Assembly (NCBI GenBank): GCA_027923505.1
Contig: BROI01000018.1
Location: 434,001-498,000, forward strand
Direction: 5' to 3'
Source of the DNA: Mayamaea pseudoterrestris
Lineage: Eukaryota
DNA: 64,000 nucleotides
Below the pieces are notes generated by a model, which worked only from the letters and a program-made list of their open reading frames with translations, made no database searches and was not told where the DNA came from. Positions within the stretch are counted from its first letter, which is position 1; each line of letters opens with the position of its first letter. Positions 1 to 13,076 of the stretch are shown piece after piece. Position numbers and translations under genes: made by a program.

Positions 1-3000
1 TAAATTGAAGTCGCATCTTCAAGTAGCTCTCCCAAACCTAATGACATTGCTAAACCTGACCAGATACTGCTGCCATCATTAGAAGGAGGACTAGAAGCTG
101 TTGCTTCCTGACCTGCAAGGTAACCTTCTGACTGAAACTGAAGATCAAGCCCCGTGGAATCGATCACCCAATAGGGAACATAAAAACTAACAACTCGTGG
201 AGCCACGGGGAGGCTGTCCGAGAATGTATGCACATTATCTTTATAATTTCTTTTGGGTGTCGGATGGTTTCGAGTCAACCACACCGCAATGCACAATGGC
301 AAACCGACTGCGTCATGGAGCTGCACGTCGTCTAGAACAATGTTTGCAACACTCGTTGCTGAGCTACCAGCATCTTCGATCGGCACGAATGTGGACGTGC
401 TCCAGTTTGGAAATCGACTGGTTTTCCCATCGTATGATGCAAGCCGGACTCGTAGCTCGATACTTGAGCCAGCTGCAGCTCCACTCCATTTCATCCCGCT
501 GCCACATTCTAATACACCAATATCTACCCAAGCAAAGTTCATCGTAGTCTCATGCCGCTTGAAATTGTCCATTACTAAGTGTGAACTGGATGACTCCGGT
601 AATTTGACTTGTACATGGAGCGGCGACGCAAGATGGTTATAAAACGCCACCGTCGACCTAATAAATAGCATGCGACTTTCGGGGATTGTCGGATCGCTCA
701 CACCTAACGCATTGATTCTAGCTGGTTGCTCGTGATCATAGGACCCTATGCGCACTGAGCACATGTTCAAAAAGATTGGTCCGGCCATGTCTGACGATGA
801 ATGCACTATGACTCGGAATTTCTTACTCTGCATTCCAATCACACCTTGTGATAAAGACGTCGAAGAGAAGGGAGGCGGTGGGACAAGTGGTGTAAATTGA
901 GTTCGGTCAACACCCATTACTTCAGATTCATCCTTTGCCAGTGAATCTCTTGGTAAAGCCATCGCCGAAAACAGGTACAAATCACTGTTTAGGTACGACA
1001 CCAGATCCACTGGAACCGATAATAAACCCGTGCAGGAAAGCGACTGTTTTTGTATGAGACTCCTCCAAACCACTGATAAGCCGTCGTGATCACGCACTTC
1101 GCACAACAAGTCAACATCAGAGATATTTCTTAGCACAAGGGGCGATTCAATTGTTACGAGCTTTATGCCTCCGTGAAGCGCGATTCTGACAATCACCCAG
1201 CCAAGTAGACCGCTCGTTGCGTCGTCAGCTCCCGTTTGCAGATGACGTCTGTCGCTATTCCATTCTAACGGAAATCGGTGCAAGCCTACTGTGTCAACAG
1301 GTATTTTGGATAGGATTTTGTATGAAAACGTCGCTGAGAGCAAGCTGGTCCTAGTCTTGAGGCCATCGAAGCTCACTCGATCGATCGTGTCCTCGAAACT
1401 ACCGAGCTCGACGGTTATGTACGCTGTATGGGGATCACACGATTGAGATAAAGAACGCTTGAGCGAAATAGGCACTTGACTGTTACTCGACAAAGTGACC
1501 TGTGCCGCTTTTTCTCCCAGCGCTTGCCTTTCTAAATCTAACACTTCCATAAAACGGAGAGACTTCGCGAATTGATGAGCAAAACATTTTTGGCGAAAAC
1601 AAGATACTAGCACAAGCGCAGGCGCAGACACTTACTAATCCAGTGTCGTTTCGAATCCAATGAGGAGCTTTTCGACGTAATTCTCCGTCATGAGCATCGC
1701 TGAGATATCCAGACAAGTTTTCAATAAATGCACCGGTGATATTAACATTCAGAGGTTTTGTATCAGAAATATGGCACACAACAGTTGGTCGAGTTGAGCC
1801 CTTAGCCGAATCATGCTCCATTTCAGATGGGAAACCAAATTGTTTCAACCATTTGACAGGGAGTTCGCCGGGAAGCAGAGACAATGGACGGTAATCACTA
1901 GGAGGCATCAGCGGATACATTGCATTCGCGATTGTGTCCTCGGCACAAGAAGCGAGCGATAAATAACAAAAATCAATATCACGAGTTAAGACACCGGGAA
2001 TGCGAGAGTCGAGGGCAGCTTCAGCTGCATCAGGTTGAAAAGGGGATCGCAATAATCGGCTTATACCGCGAAACCGGCCAACTCCGATTACTTCTGCAGG
2101 CGAAGGATGCAACGGTATGGGCTGAAAATTTGCCTCTTCCAAAGCTCCAGCAACCTCGTTAAAAATTGGCGACAACCCAAAAGTTGTCGTTAAATCAGTT
2201 CCCACAACAACATCTGCTCCCCAGGCTTCGATAAGTGGCTCCCATGCCACTAGTCGGCGATTGTGATAGCTTGCAGCCAGCTGAAAGTTCAACCATCCTC
2301 CGGCGAAATTTTGCTTGCTTTGCAATGGCGTACGACTTCCATTAAGGCCTGACATCCTTGTTAATGGAGCGGCGACAGCAGCCGCACCAATGCGAAGTTG
2401 TTGCAGCGTTAATTTGAGTATTGGTGCTTCGGTCAATCTCGAAGCCCCTCCTGGAACGCATGTGATTCGAACGCCCTCGACTCTTATCGAGCAGATGATT
2501 GGCGCGCGACGCAGCATTTCTTTTAACTTTTGGAGATTTGATGACGATTTTGTTCCTTTACGTTCAGATGTTGGTGCACCTTTTATCGCCTGTATAATTG
2601 GGTTGAGTGTAGCACGTATTGCATCGTTGATGCCACCAGAGCTTTGAGAAATGTATACAAGTACGTCAACAGGGTCAGCTTTGAGCCCTACGGCATGAGC
2701 GGCACTTAATGTGTATAATCGCATGTCTTCCGGTCCCGTTGGGAAGAATGTACTAGAGAGATGGTATTTCAGAGTAAAATCTGTTGGGTTTGTGATTCTC
2801 TGCTCCTTGCCTTCGCAAGCATTGAAATAACCTGGCGACGACAACATCTGATTGAGCGTCGTTCGTAGTACTTCAAATTTCATTACCTGGGCTTCGACCT
2901 CCGACGACACAGCAGTCGATGGACCGATGGTGCGCTTGTTAATAAAAGTCCGAAATGCTTCCTCCACAACCATTCGATCGTCTACGCGAGCATATAGATT

Positions 3001-6000
3001 TTCCGTAGGAGTAAGCTGATCCAGCAAAGAAACATTAACAAAAACGCGAGCTTCAAGTTTCAATCTGAAAATAACCGCGTTCAAAGGCCTCTTTGCTGCA
3101 TTTTCCTGGACATACCGGGCAATGTCCTTAGACGGAAGGATACACGTTAGCTCACCAGAGCGCAATGAACATGATACTCTCCGTATTTCTCTTGCCAAAG
3201 TGTGCATGTTCTTTATTTCCTCAGTGTCAGCACGTGTTGAATGTTTCGCTTCGCTGGCAGACAGAGCCTTACAAGCTCGAACGAACGTCATCATACTGAA
3301 AGCGAACGACGGCAAAGGCATGCATTCAACATCACCAACGACGAAATCAATGGCGACATCCGCTCGTTCTGCACCAGACGACTTCTTTGTAATGGTAATT
3401 GCAAGTAGATCCGACCCGGGCAAAAACAACCCTCGAGCGCCGTTATCGTCACTTGCATTTCCGCCGGAAAGGGTACAAATTCCTGGCTGACACGACATGT
3501 CGGTCGCAACCAGCCTTGACACGCCACCAGAATACGAAGTCAGTAAGCTAGTCCGACTGACAGATAGACGGATATTATCGATGTCAAAAGACAGGCTTTT
3601 GTGTGTCCCGGTCATGGCGCCAGGTGACTGTCCATTTCGAAAAAGAGTGAGCACCACTCTTCGGATGACTAGTACCACCTTCATATCCTTCGGTCGCGTG
3701 TCATCATATTTGGCAGGAAGTTCACCCTTTGCAGTTGCTTTTTTGGTTTTTATCATATTAACAATATCCTTTAAAACCGCAAGACCTTGTTTCAGCTGGC
3801 CAACGGTTGACGCGAGAACATTCGATCGAAGCGAGGATAAATTAATTCCAATAGTAAGTGTGTCAGTTTTGCCTTGAAGCGACGGCTCAATCGCCCGATC
3901 GATAGCCACAATCCAAGGACTGCTCATTTGATAATCTAAAGGCGCCGTACTATTAAAAAAAGAAACCGCAGGGCTTTGAACAGATATGTTGGCCAAAAAC
4001 GGTTCGACTACCTGCCAATCGCCAGGCAGCCGGGTAACGACTACGTCTTCCAATGCGATACGTGCCAAGCTTCCCGGAAAAGCTGCCGATCCTGGTTGAA
4101 GTGAAGCGCGTCCGGTCAACGACAAAATAATACTAGAAGTCGACGTTTCTGGCTCTCCTGGTAATGGGTCGATCAATAGAATCGCAGATGATCGCTTTAA
4201 GTTAAATTCGAGTCGCCAGCGCACCAGACGAGTTACCCTTATCGATTTGACCGAGCTTGTTTGATGCTTTGCACTTTCCTTTATCTTCATTATGGAATCA
4301 TTAATTTGCCGCACCCCCTTGACGAGTCGCGAGAGCTCGGGGTTTAATGACATCAGGACACCGTTGACGCGTACTCCCATATGCGTATTCCAACATGTTG
4401 TATCTTCAGCGTCAGCTAATGTATTAACTGGCACGGTTTCACCAATCACCCACCCGCCCTTTACGGCTGGTGGGACAAGTTGTCGTCTCCATCGCAAGTG
4501 GACCAGTGCTACGGCGACGTCACGCCGGCCAAAAACCTCGGCGGCTTTTTCATAGCAGCCGTCGTCAAAATATACGGCCTGAATGTTATTACACGTTGCA
4601 TCCAGCTGTGAGCGAAGTTTTAATACCTGTTGGCAGTCTGTCGCAACAAAGCGAACCCTAAGCTCGTTGACAGCGCAAGCGCCCACCAGACGACCGTCAA
4701 AAAGGTGCAAGCGCATCGCCGAGAACCGTACGGAGATATCCGAGTGTGACAGGCTGCTGACTGGTGATTTGGCAGACAATTTGCTGGGAGATAACTCATC
4801 TAGGGCTTGAGTTGCACTAGCATTTACTGTTAATCCTGATCTGAGGCGCCTTAGCACCAAAAGAAATGAGCCCAAGATACGTTCGTGAGGCATAGCTTCC
4901 ATGTCACCGAACGATGCGTTCACTTTATTCAGCCTTGTCATTTGCGCCTGCAATGATGAACTATGTTGAATTTCCACCGATAACCTCAGCAGTTTATCTT
5001 CCATAGACTCCGCAGAGAAGAATTGCGGATATCGGATTGGTAAGACATTGCTGAAAATGGCATCGCTCGCTCCCCCAACAAGGAAAGTCGTTTCACCCAC
5101 AGCACTGCGATCATCAGAACGAAACACTCCATCAATGCTCTCGATGCTGGCCAGATATTTCGTCTCCCCGTGGTATTTTTGCATGACCAAAATTACTTCA
5201 GAGACACTGACGACAAACACATTCCCTTCAGCATTATTTGCATGCTGTAACTCAGGCTCTTGCGTCCTAAATTGCAATATGGTGCGCTGAAGCGCAAATG
5301 ACATTTCCAATATATTTCTCTTAAGTCCATATGTCAGGTTGTGATCGGACGGAGCCAAGGATGCAATCTCTAGAGTTCTCTTTGGGCGTTCCAGCAGGGT
5401 TGCTGCTCGTTTGACCGACAGTTTGGCGTAGTACGAAGTTGATACATCATCCGATACCCTATCTGACTCCATCAATTCCAGCTGAGTTATTATATCCCGA
5501 TGAGCCGCGCGCAACGTTTTCAATTCTGCTAAAGCCCTGTCAATCTCGAGCCTGATAGCTGGCTTTAAATTCTCATCGGTTTCAAGATTGCCCGAATTAC
5601 CGCTAGTATTATTTCTTCTCATATGAGATAACCGAGAGCGCAGTTCATCCAGCACTCGTTCGGCATCTTTGATGTCATGTGAAAGATCTGTCTCAAGTAC
5701 AAGGAGCTGATTGAGTGACAAAACCGAATGGAATGATTCAATAGCGCTTTCGCCTTCTGCGCTTGAGCCATCCGCCATATCCTCTTCAACCAGTTTCGCT
5801 AGATTTTCAGCACTTAAATAGGACGGGCCGACTGGACCTCTACTTCTCCCGAACGAGGATTCGGATATTGACGACACATCGGAGAAAGCTGAATTGGACC
5901 TGTTGCGACGACGAGTAGCTTTAATAAGCCTCGAGTCTTCATCAATAATGCTACTTGAGTCCGCTGTAACCCAATTATTTCGACAGTTTGCCTCAGGAGA

Positions 6001-9000
6001 GGTTATCGGATCAGATTCTGCAAACTTGCTCTCGTGCGTGTCGAAGAATTCGTCCTCGTCTATTGCGCTGGAGAGACAAGATTCTGTATCTTCCCATAGA
6101 GAGTTCAAAACATGCAGACTCGGAAGGCGTCTACGAAGGTTAAAATTAATTGCGGTAGTGGAAGGAGTGATGGGAACCGAACATAAAAGAACTTGCGTCC
6201 ACGTCTTAAAGATCTGGGCGAAGAGGAGAACTTGAGCTTCCGCCAGACAAAGTACCACTTCTTCAACTGTGCACCGAAGCTTCATCTTGGTCAGTGTATG
6301 ATCAGCAGGAAGAATTGACCTGTGGATCGTGATGCGCACATCCATAGGCAGCAGAATGTCGTCGCGACTTCCATTTACTTTGACGGCTGCAACGCCGCCA
6401 GGTTTGTATCCAATTTCGTAGGTGTCGTAAAAGAACGCATTGCTTTCGTCAGCTTCATCATTAAAAAAATCCGTCTCCTGCATGTATTGTCCGTAAGAAT
6501 CTAAATTCACTGTCTCATCAAATTTCACAGAGCCCATGAGGCTACGAGATGTTGATCGCGTGCTGGCTAGCGCACGGCTACGCGGAAGGCGCACTGACAT
6601 GCCAATGGAGCTTTCGTCTCGGCTCTGTGCTGTGGATGCCTCGTCAAATCTTACCGAGCGACCAGTAGAATGCTTGGCAGAATTATTGTCAGAGTTTGCT
6701 AGCACCATCATTGCGTCAGCAACCGAAGCCAGCTTTTTTGTCCTTAGAAACGCTCGGCCAAGATCAACAAAAAGTATCGATCCTTCACCGTCTTCAATAG
6801 CGATTACAGGACAATCGATGTCAATCAATACGTCAATATTGTTATGATCCAACGCGGAGGTAGCTTTTGCGAAATGGGTGAGACGAGCTGACGCCCATGA
6901 GTTGATGCGGGCCATGTTCATATCGTTCCAAAAATTCGATGCCTTTTTGTATTGCGGAAGCGGCCTTATCAGAAACTTGGTTCGTCGAATCCATTCACAC
7001 TCCGGAACAAGACTGACGCGGAGAGGGTACAATCGAGCTTGAAGACCCATATCAAAATCGCCATCGGAAGGTGGATTTTTTGTAAACAAAATCGACAAGA
7101 GTGGCTGTCGCGCTTGATGCTCTGAGTCAAGCTCATTAAGATGATCTGGCGATCGCTCAGTGTCTTGACCGATAACGCGATATACTAATTGATCTGATCT
7201 CGTCTCAGTGGCGATAAAATCATGCAAAGTGACGCGGATGGCAATGGATTTAAAGTCGCGCTTGAGTTCAAAGTTTACAGCGAAGCGCTCATAGTGGAAA
7301 ACCAGATAGCGCTGCTGCAAACGTCGGAGTTCCGTCTGGTCGCTGGTGGACTTTAAAGGTGAAAAAAGTGCAAGCTTTCCACTGTCGACTTCGAGTATCC
7401 AGGCAACAACGACAATTGATCGTGCTTCTTGCGCTTCCGCTGTAATATCGCGCGCTGTCAGTTCCTTCCAATACGCAACCAGCCGTTCATACTCTTCAAC
7501 GTCCTCTTCATCAAATATCGTATCATTGCCAATCAGACTTTGCGCCGACGTGGTTCTGCTGAACCAACTTGTTCGCCGCGCCGACGCCGGGACCACTGGC
7601 GTGAAACCAATTCGTCGCTCGACGAGAATGCGATACAGAGTGATATCTTCAATCGACAGGTCACCGACAAGCCCATCCTCAATCTTCTGGAGCTCGGTGC
7701 GTTCTTCTTCCGTCAGCGGCATCAAATCTCGTATAAGTTCATCGTTCGGTCGCACTCCAGCCGCATCATCCGGCGAAACCGCCCTCAATTTGCGCTCATA
7801 CAAGTCGCAGTATTGACGCCGAACTGCCAGTCCACGCTCCAAGCGTCCTCGGCACCAGCGCAGCCGATGGTCCTTCAGCTGGTATCTAATGACGTTACAA
7901 GCGTAGTGCCAATACGCGCTCGGATCCTCCAAGGCAGTTACCGTTGGTCGAAGATGGCGATACTGTAATCCATACTTGTATTCCTTGTAGCAGTGCCACA
8001 GCCGAAGTATTTGCAGGCACTGAAAGTCTCGCAGTTGAACATGCACATTTTGAATCTTGCAGTGAAAGACCACTGCCGGTTGGTCGCTCTCGCGCTGCAC
8101 TTTGGAGCTCCCAGCCAATGTGGCGTGCAGCGTCCCATCCATTGGCAGCAGCAGGTACGTGTGCGTGGGTGCCGGCGCCACCATTGCTTCACCCACCGCT
8201 GCTGCCCCGCTCGCCGCAGCGCGATCATCATCCACATGGCTCATTCGTCGTCCCACAGTCATGGCTCGTCGTGCAATGGAACGATCCAACGCCGCCGTAA
8301 TTTCCTGCGGCGTCAAATGCTGTAGTATCGCATGCTCCAAATCACCTTGTCGCCGCAACCCATGCTCCTCCACGGCGTTCCAATACATGGCAAAGTGGTT
8401 CAAGTGGGACACCTTGCGAATGAGTCCATCCAGTGGATTGCTATCATCAACTTGCGTCGTGTAGTCGTTTTGAATGTGCATACTTTCCAAAACAATTCCA
8501 GTCGCATACGGACTCGATGGATCCGTCTCCAAGTCTTCCAACCTTACGTGCAAGTCGCGTATATGAATCTGCACTCGATCGGCTAATGCTGGCAGCAGTC
8601 CATCTCGGAGTCGCTCCTTGATGTAGTCCTTCCATGACGCCTTTTCCGTGGCAGCTGCTGCATCGGACGCCGACGGATCCTTGGCAGCGGCGGCCGCCAG
8701 TTTCATGGTAGCCTTTTGCAGTTCGTTGCGCCGCTGCTTGACGCGCTTGTTGCGAATGGCAGAGTCATGGTAAGTTTCATCGACTTTTAGCAATATCGAT
8801 ATTCCATCCAGTACAATGACAATGTCGGCCCGACTGCTGTCAGTTCGCTGTTGCTTGTTTCGTCCACGAACAAGATCAATGAGACTCGACGGCTGCAGCT
8901 TGCTCCAGGGAACAGTGACTTGAACGCTTCTCACACTTCCATGCACGAGTTGCACTGGCAATCCCAGCAAGAGCTTTTCGTTAATCACGTCAGTCTTGAG

Positions 9001-9144
9001 ACTCAATCGATGCCACTGCACAAAGCCAGACCAAACGCCCAAAGAGGCAAACGCCGTGTCGCTGCCGTTGTTTTGGGTGGTGTCCATGACAAAGTAGTCC
9101 TTGAGAAAGCGCTGGGCGAGCTTGGCGGCAAGGTTTTCAAACAT
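1..9144 (-). CDS. VPS13: VPS13-family bridge-like lipid transfer protein, 5' part (runs off the left edge); intron 1563-1635
   Basis: Chorein-N-like start (MFENLAAKLAQRFLKDYF..GVWSGFVQW..LPVQLVHGSVRSVQVTVPW), VPS13-type motifs IHIRDLHVRLED, IDIDCPVI..VDLG, YHNRRLVAWEPLIEAW, IRNDTGL. GTAAGT donor at 1635 and AAG acceptor at 1563 rejoin to ..NDTGL|SLRFMEVLD.. Confidence 0.9.
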
Positions 9145-9592
9145 GTTGAGTTATAGTTATAAATGAACAAAAATTTGAAAGCGTCGTGTATCGTAGATTG
9201 CTGCTATTCTGATAAACGCTAATGGCGGATGGCGGTCAAGGATCAAGGAGCAAGGAGTGATGGAGATTGGAGATGGATGATGGATCGTCGGAGTCAATGC
9301 TTTTAACTTGCTGCTCCTTTCTGGCATTTACTTTGTCTCATGTACAGACATGTATAGCCTCGCTACCCACTGGTGTAGCTTTGCATATCATTTCATGTAA
9401 GTAGAGTAGGTAGCGATGATTTTGATTGCTGCTGTGATGGATTCAATTTAAAAAACGGACCGAGGCCATTCGTCGTCACTCGTCATGTCGCACTGGTCCA
9501 ACGCTGTCGCACTGGTTTACGACGCAAGTTGCAAGCGTATCCACTCGCAAAACAGATCCCGCAAGAAGCTTCGCCTCGCAACCTTTGCCACC

Positions 9593-11077
9593 ATGTCGAC
9601 TGCAGATAGCATTGACGGTAACAATGATAACAAGACTAACAATGAAAATGACGATGACGACGAACCCGAGTGGCTGAACAAGGATCTATGGGACGACATG
9701 TTTGACGGCTTGTGTTTGTTTCAAAAGCAACATGGCCACTTGGATCCGCCGCTCGACTACCAGTACCACGACGAGTACTTGGCCATTTGGCTCGACCAGC
9801 AGCGCAAGCAGGAGCGCCTCAAAAGCAAGGGACGGAGACTCAGTCAGGAAAAGATTGATCGACTCAAGAGTATTGGCATTGACTTTGAGAATGGAAATGA
9901 TCATGTTCCAGTAGAAACGACAATGCTTACGACGACGAAGCAAGGCGAGCATCAGCAGCTGTTAAAGTATACTCGTAACGATGACGAGCCAATGGATGAA
10001 AACAATGAAGATGACGAGGAACAAGAAAAAGAAGACGAAGATGAAGACGTCGACGAGGAACAAGACGAGCACTGGGAGTTCATGTTCAAAGGCCTAACTG
10101 AACTCAAGAAAACCTTGCAACACACGGAACCGCCCAAGGGCTGCGAATACTTTGGAATTAGCCTCTACGACTGGGCCAAGGAGCAGCGCGACAGATACAA
10201 GAACTATCGCAAACGCAACACGTGGCGGACCAAGATTGCTCGTCTGCGCAACCTTGGATTTGAACTTCATCCAGGCAACGCCGAAAAACGCAAGCATGCA
10301 AGCACAACTACTGCTAGTAGTAGTCATGCCGCCGCTGCCAAGGCAAGCATGTCTCCATACAAGCGTTTCGTCAATGGCGACATGGAAGGCCACTGGTCCA
10401 TGATGCTTTCCGGTCTCGCCGAGTACCAAAAGCTGCGCCACGGCAAGGACTTGGACGTTCCCCCAGGATGCGAGTACAATGGCTTTTCACTCTACGACTG
10501 GGTCCGCAAGCAAAAGAAGCACTATCGCAACACGCTCCTGAACCAGAAACCCTTCATGCCAATGCACCGCATGCAGCAGTTGGCTACGTTTGGTTTCGAC
10601 GAGGCGATTGGGAACATTCCCAAGCATTTCGCCATGACGCTACACGATGCGCGCTACGAAGTCATGGTGGAGGCACTCAAGGACTTTTATCAAACGGCTG
10701 GAAGCACTCAAGCCAAAGTGCCAAGTACGTATATTGTCGATGGTCGGTCGCTCCAAAAGTGGGTGACCAAGCAGCGATCCAACTACCAGAACCGCTTGGA
10801 AGGAAGAACGAAAATGGCACTGTCGGACGACCGGATAGAAAAGCTCCTGGCAATTGGATTCGAGTTTACACCAGTCCGCCGACGCGTCGATGCAATTGAA
10901 AACTCGCAAAAAGATCCATTGGAGGAAGGGCGATCGGATCAGGATGATGTTGGTCACGAAGATGGCGAAGATGATGGAGGTGGTGGCGATGAAGTTGATG
11001 ACAATTCCGAGGCAGCATCCGACGAGCCAAACGAGCAGGATCTGCCACCACTCAAAAAGCCAAAGCTGGATCCTTAG
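9593..11077 (+). CDS. Helicase-associated (HA) domain repeat protein, about 4 HA repeats
   Basis: Repeated W..M...L..Y....G...VP......L..WV..QR......RI..L..IGF motif; acidic linkers; C-terminal NLS-like PPLKKPKL. Start placed at the second Met (ORF opens at 9485). Confidence 0.85.
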   Translation: MSTADSIDGNNDNKTNNENDDDDEPEWLNKDLWDDMFDGLCLFQKQHGHLDPPLDYQYHDEYLAIWLDQQRKQERLKSKGRRLSQEKIDRLKSIGIDFENGNDHVPVETTMLTTTKQGEHQQLLKYTRNDDEPMDENNEDDEEQEKEDEDEDVDEEQDEHWEFMFKGLTELKKTLQHTEPPKGCEYFGISLYDWAKEQRDRYKNYRKRNTWRTKIARLRNLGFELHPGNAEKRKHASTTTASSSHAAAAKASMSPYKRFVNGDMEGHWSMMLSGLAEYQKLRHGKDLDVPPGCEYNGFSLYDWVRKQKKHYRNTLLNQKPFMPMHRMQQLATFGFDEAIGNIPKHFAMTLHDARYEVMVEALKDFYQTAGSTQAKVPSTYIVDGRSLQKWVTKQRSNYQNRLEGRTKMALSDDRIEKLLAIGFEFTPVRRRVDAIENSQKDPLEEGRSDQDDVGHEDGEDDGGGGDEVDDNSEAASDEPNEQDLPPLKKPKLDP

Positions 11078-11509
11078 TCGAAAGATATAGTTGGACTGAT
11101 GCAGCAGAAGCGAGAAATGTTAAATTACTCGATAGTTAACATGAGTTGTTTTTGTTTAGTGGTACAGCGCCGAGATGCAATAGAAAGGCGGCACGGGATC
11201 AACACTGAATGCGAATGCTGAGCTTCAATTTCTCGTCTATGCAAACATCATTTACACACATAGACAAAGAAATTTCCTACCGTGCTGTAGGTACATGGAG
11301 AGATGATTGTGGAGCAACAACTAAAGTTGCTTTGGGCGGGTAGACGCGTGTCGCATCGGTTAAAATGTCACACTGGTGCTGCCAGTGGACCTCTCGTTTC
11401 GCCGCTTCCACCATGACGATCAAGCTGCACCTTGCGGTTGACGACGGAGGCTTTGAAAGCAATTCTTTCGAGTTAAATTGAATTAGAGACTCTATCATCG
11501 ACCTTTATT

Positions 11510-12994
11510 ATGTCAGAGAGTAATATGAACGTTCATCAGGCTGCAGCGCAGAGTTTATTTGGAGATTCATCCGACGACGAGGAGATGAAGGATCCGCAGC
11601 CGGAAACGGAATCCACAGACGCAGCGGCATCAGATGCAGCTCCAGCCGCCGCGACAAACAAGGAACTCTTTGGAGATTCCGACTCGGATGATGACGACGA
11701 CGAAAATCTTGGAGCAAAGGAATCTGCTGCAGCCGTGACGACGTCTCACATGAAGCAATCCAACCACGACAACAGCGACGATGACGACGAAGGTGACGTG
11801 GAGTTTGACGACGCTGGAGCCATTGTAGGATTAGCGTCCTCCACCATTGCCGGACAAGTCTCCAATCGCAGCAGCAACGAACGGAACGAGGAGTCGACCA
11901 AAAAGTCTGCACCACCCAAACTCTTACACTGGACCATTGCCGGCAATGCCACTCGTCCATCCGCTTCGACCAAACTCATCATGACGAAACTACCAAACTT
12001 GGTTGGCATTCAGACGCAGCCCTTTGACGCGAATCGCTACGACCCCGACGAAGAGGAAGCCATCTTTGGCGGCGCCGTGCACAATCTAATGCGCTGGCGC
12101 TACAAGCGCGACGAAAATAAGCAACTCCTGCGCAATTCTGACGACGAGTTGATGCGCGAGTCAAACACGCGACTCGTCGAGTGGGAGGATGGATCATGGA
12201 CCATGCACGTGGGAGCGGAAGCCTTTGAAGTCGAACCCATTCGCTCCGCGGCGAATGCCAGCGCCAATCCGGGATTTGCGAATGGCTTTTTGTTTTTGAG
12301 TCACGCCAACACGACGCAACAAAGTGAACAAGCTGCTGAACATGACGACGACGAAACAACACCAGCATTACCAAAAGAATCAGCCGGCACTATATTGGAA
12401 GGCATGGGCAACATGCACCAGCGCTGGAAGATCAAACCGGCCGGCCTGCAGTCGCAGGCGCACAAGGCACTCACGCTGGCCGTCCGCCGCAAAACGATTC
12501 AGACGGGTCGCATGGCCACCGTCATGACGCAGAACGATCCGGAAAAGTTAAAGGCGGATCGCATCAAGATTCAGACGGAACTGGCGCGCGCCAAGGAACG
12601 AAGCAAGCGGCCGTTTGCCAGTGGTGGTGCAGGTGGAGGTGGTGGTAACGTGAGTCGACGACCCCGCATGTCAAGGTCGTACCTGGAGGGTGGTGAGGAT
12701 GACGCGCGGTACGACTCGGTGAATATTCGTGCCATGAAGAAGGGAGCGCGCGACTATGGCGATGATGATCAGGATGACGACGATTTTGGAGATGACTTTA
12801 TTGACAATGATGAGGAGGATGACGAGATTTTCAATCGACAAAAGCCAAGCAAGCAAGCCAAGGGTGCTGCTGCTAGCAAGACTGACATGGCCATGGATGT
12901 GGATGATGATGATGACGAGGAGGAAGAAACGTTTGTCAAAAAATCAGCGACGAAGAAGAAGGCGTCCGTCTTTGATGACGATGATAGTGATTAA
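11510..12994 (+). CDS. LEO1: PAF1 complex subunit Leo1
   Basis: LFGDSSDDE acidic N-terminus; Leo1 core KLPNLVGIQTQPFD..NLMRWRY..ESNTRLVEWEDGSWTMHVG.E.FE. Confidence 0.9.
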   Translation: MSESNMNVHQAAAQSLFGDSSDDEEMKDPQPETESTDAAASDAAPAAATNKELFGDSDSDDDDDENLGAKESAAAVTTSHMKQSNHDNSDDDDEGDVEFDDAGAIVGLASSTIAGQVSNRSSNERNEESTKKSAPPKLLHWTIAGNATRPSASTKLIMTKLPNLVGIQTQPFDANRYDPDEEEAIFGGAVHNLMRWRYKRDENKQLLRNSDDELMRESNTRLVEWEDGSWTMHVGAEAFEVEPIRSAANASANPGFANGFLFLSHANTTQQSEQAAEHDDDETTPALPKESAGTILEGMGNMHQRWKIKPAGLQSQAHKALTLAVRRKTIQTGRMATVMTQNDPEKLKADRIKIQTELARAKERSKRPFASGGAGGGGGNVSRRPRMSRSYLEGGEDDARYDSVNIRAMKKGARDYGDDDQDDDDFGDDFIDNDEEDDEIFNRQKPSKQAKGAAASKTDMAMDVDDDDDEEEETFVKKSATKKKASVFDDDDSD

Positions 12995-13076
12995 GACGAA
13001 GCAGAAGTACAACGTCTTTCAATTACTATGTATTGTGTTTGCATAGCGAGACTACGTGCTTGTAATTAATGTACAG

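Noticed and set aside
1920..9156. Many short plus-strand ORFs over VPS13
   Set aside because: Antisense shadows of a long coding sequence, with no recognisable motifs
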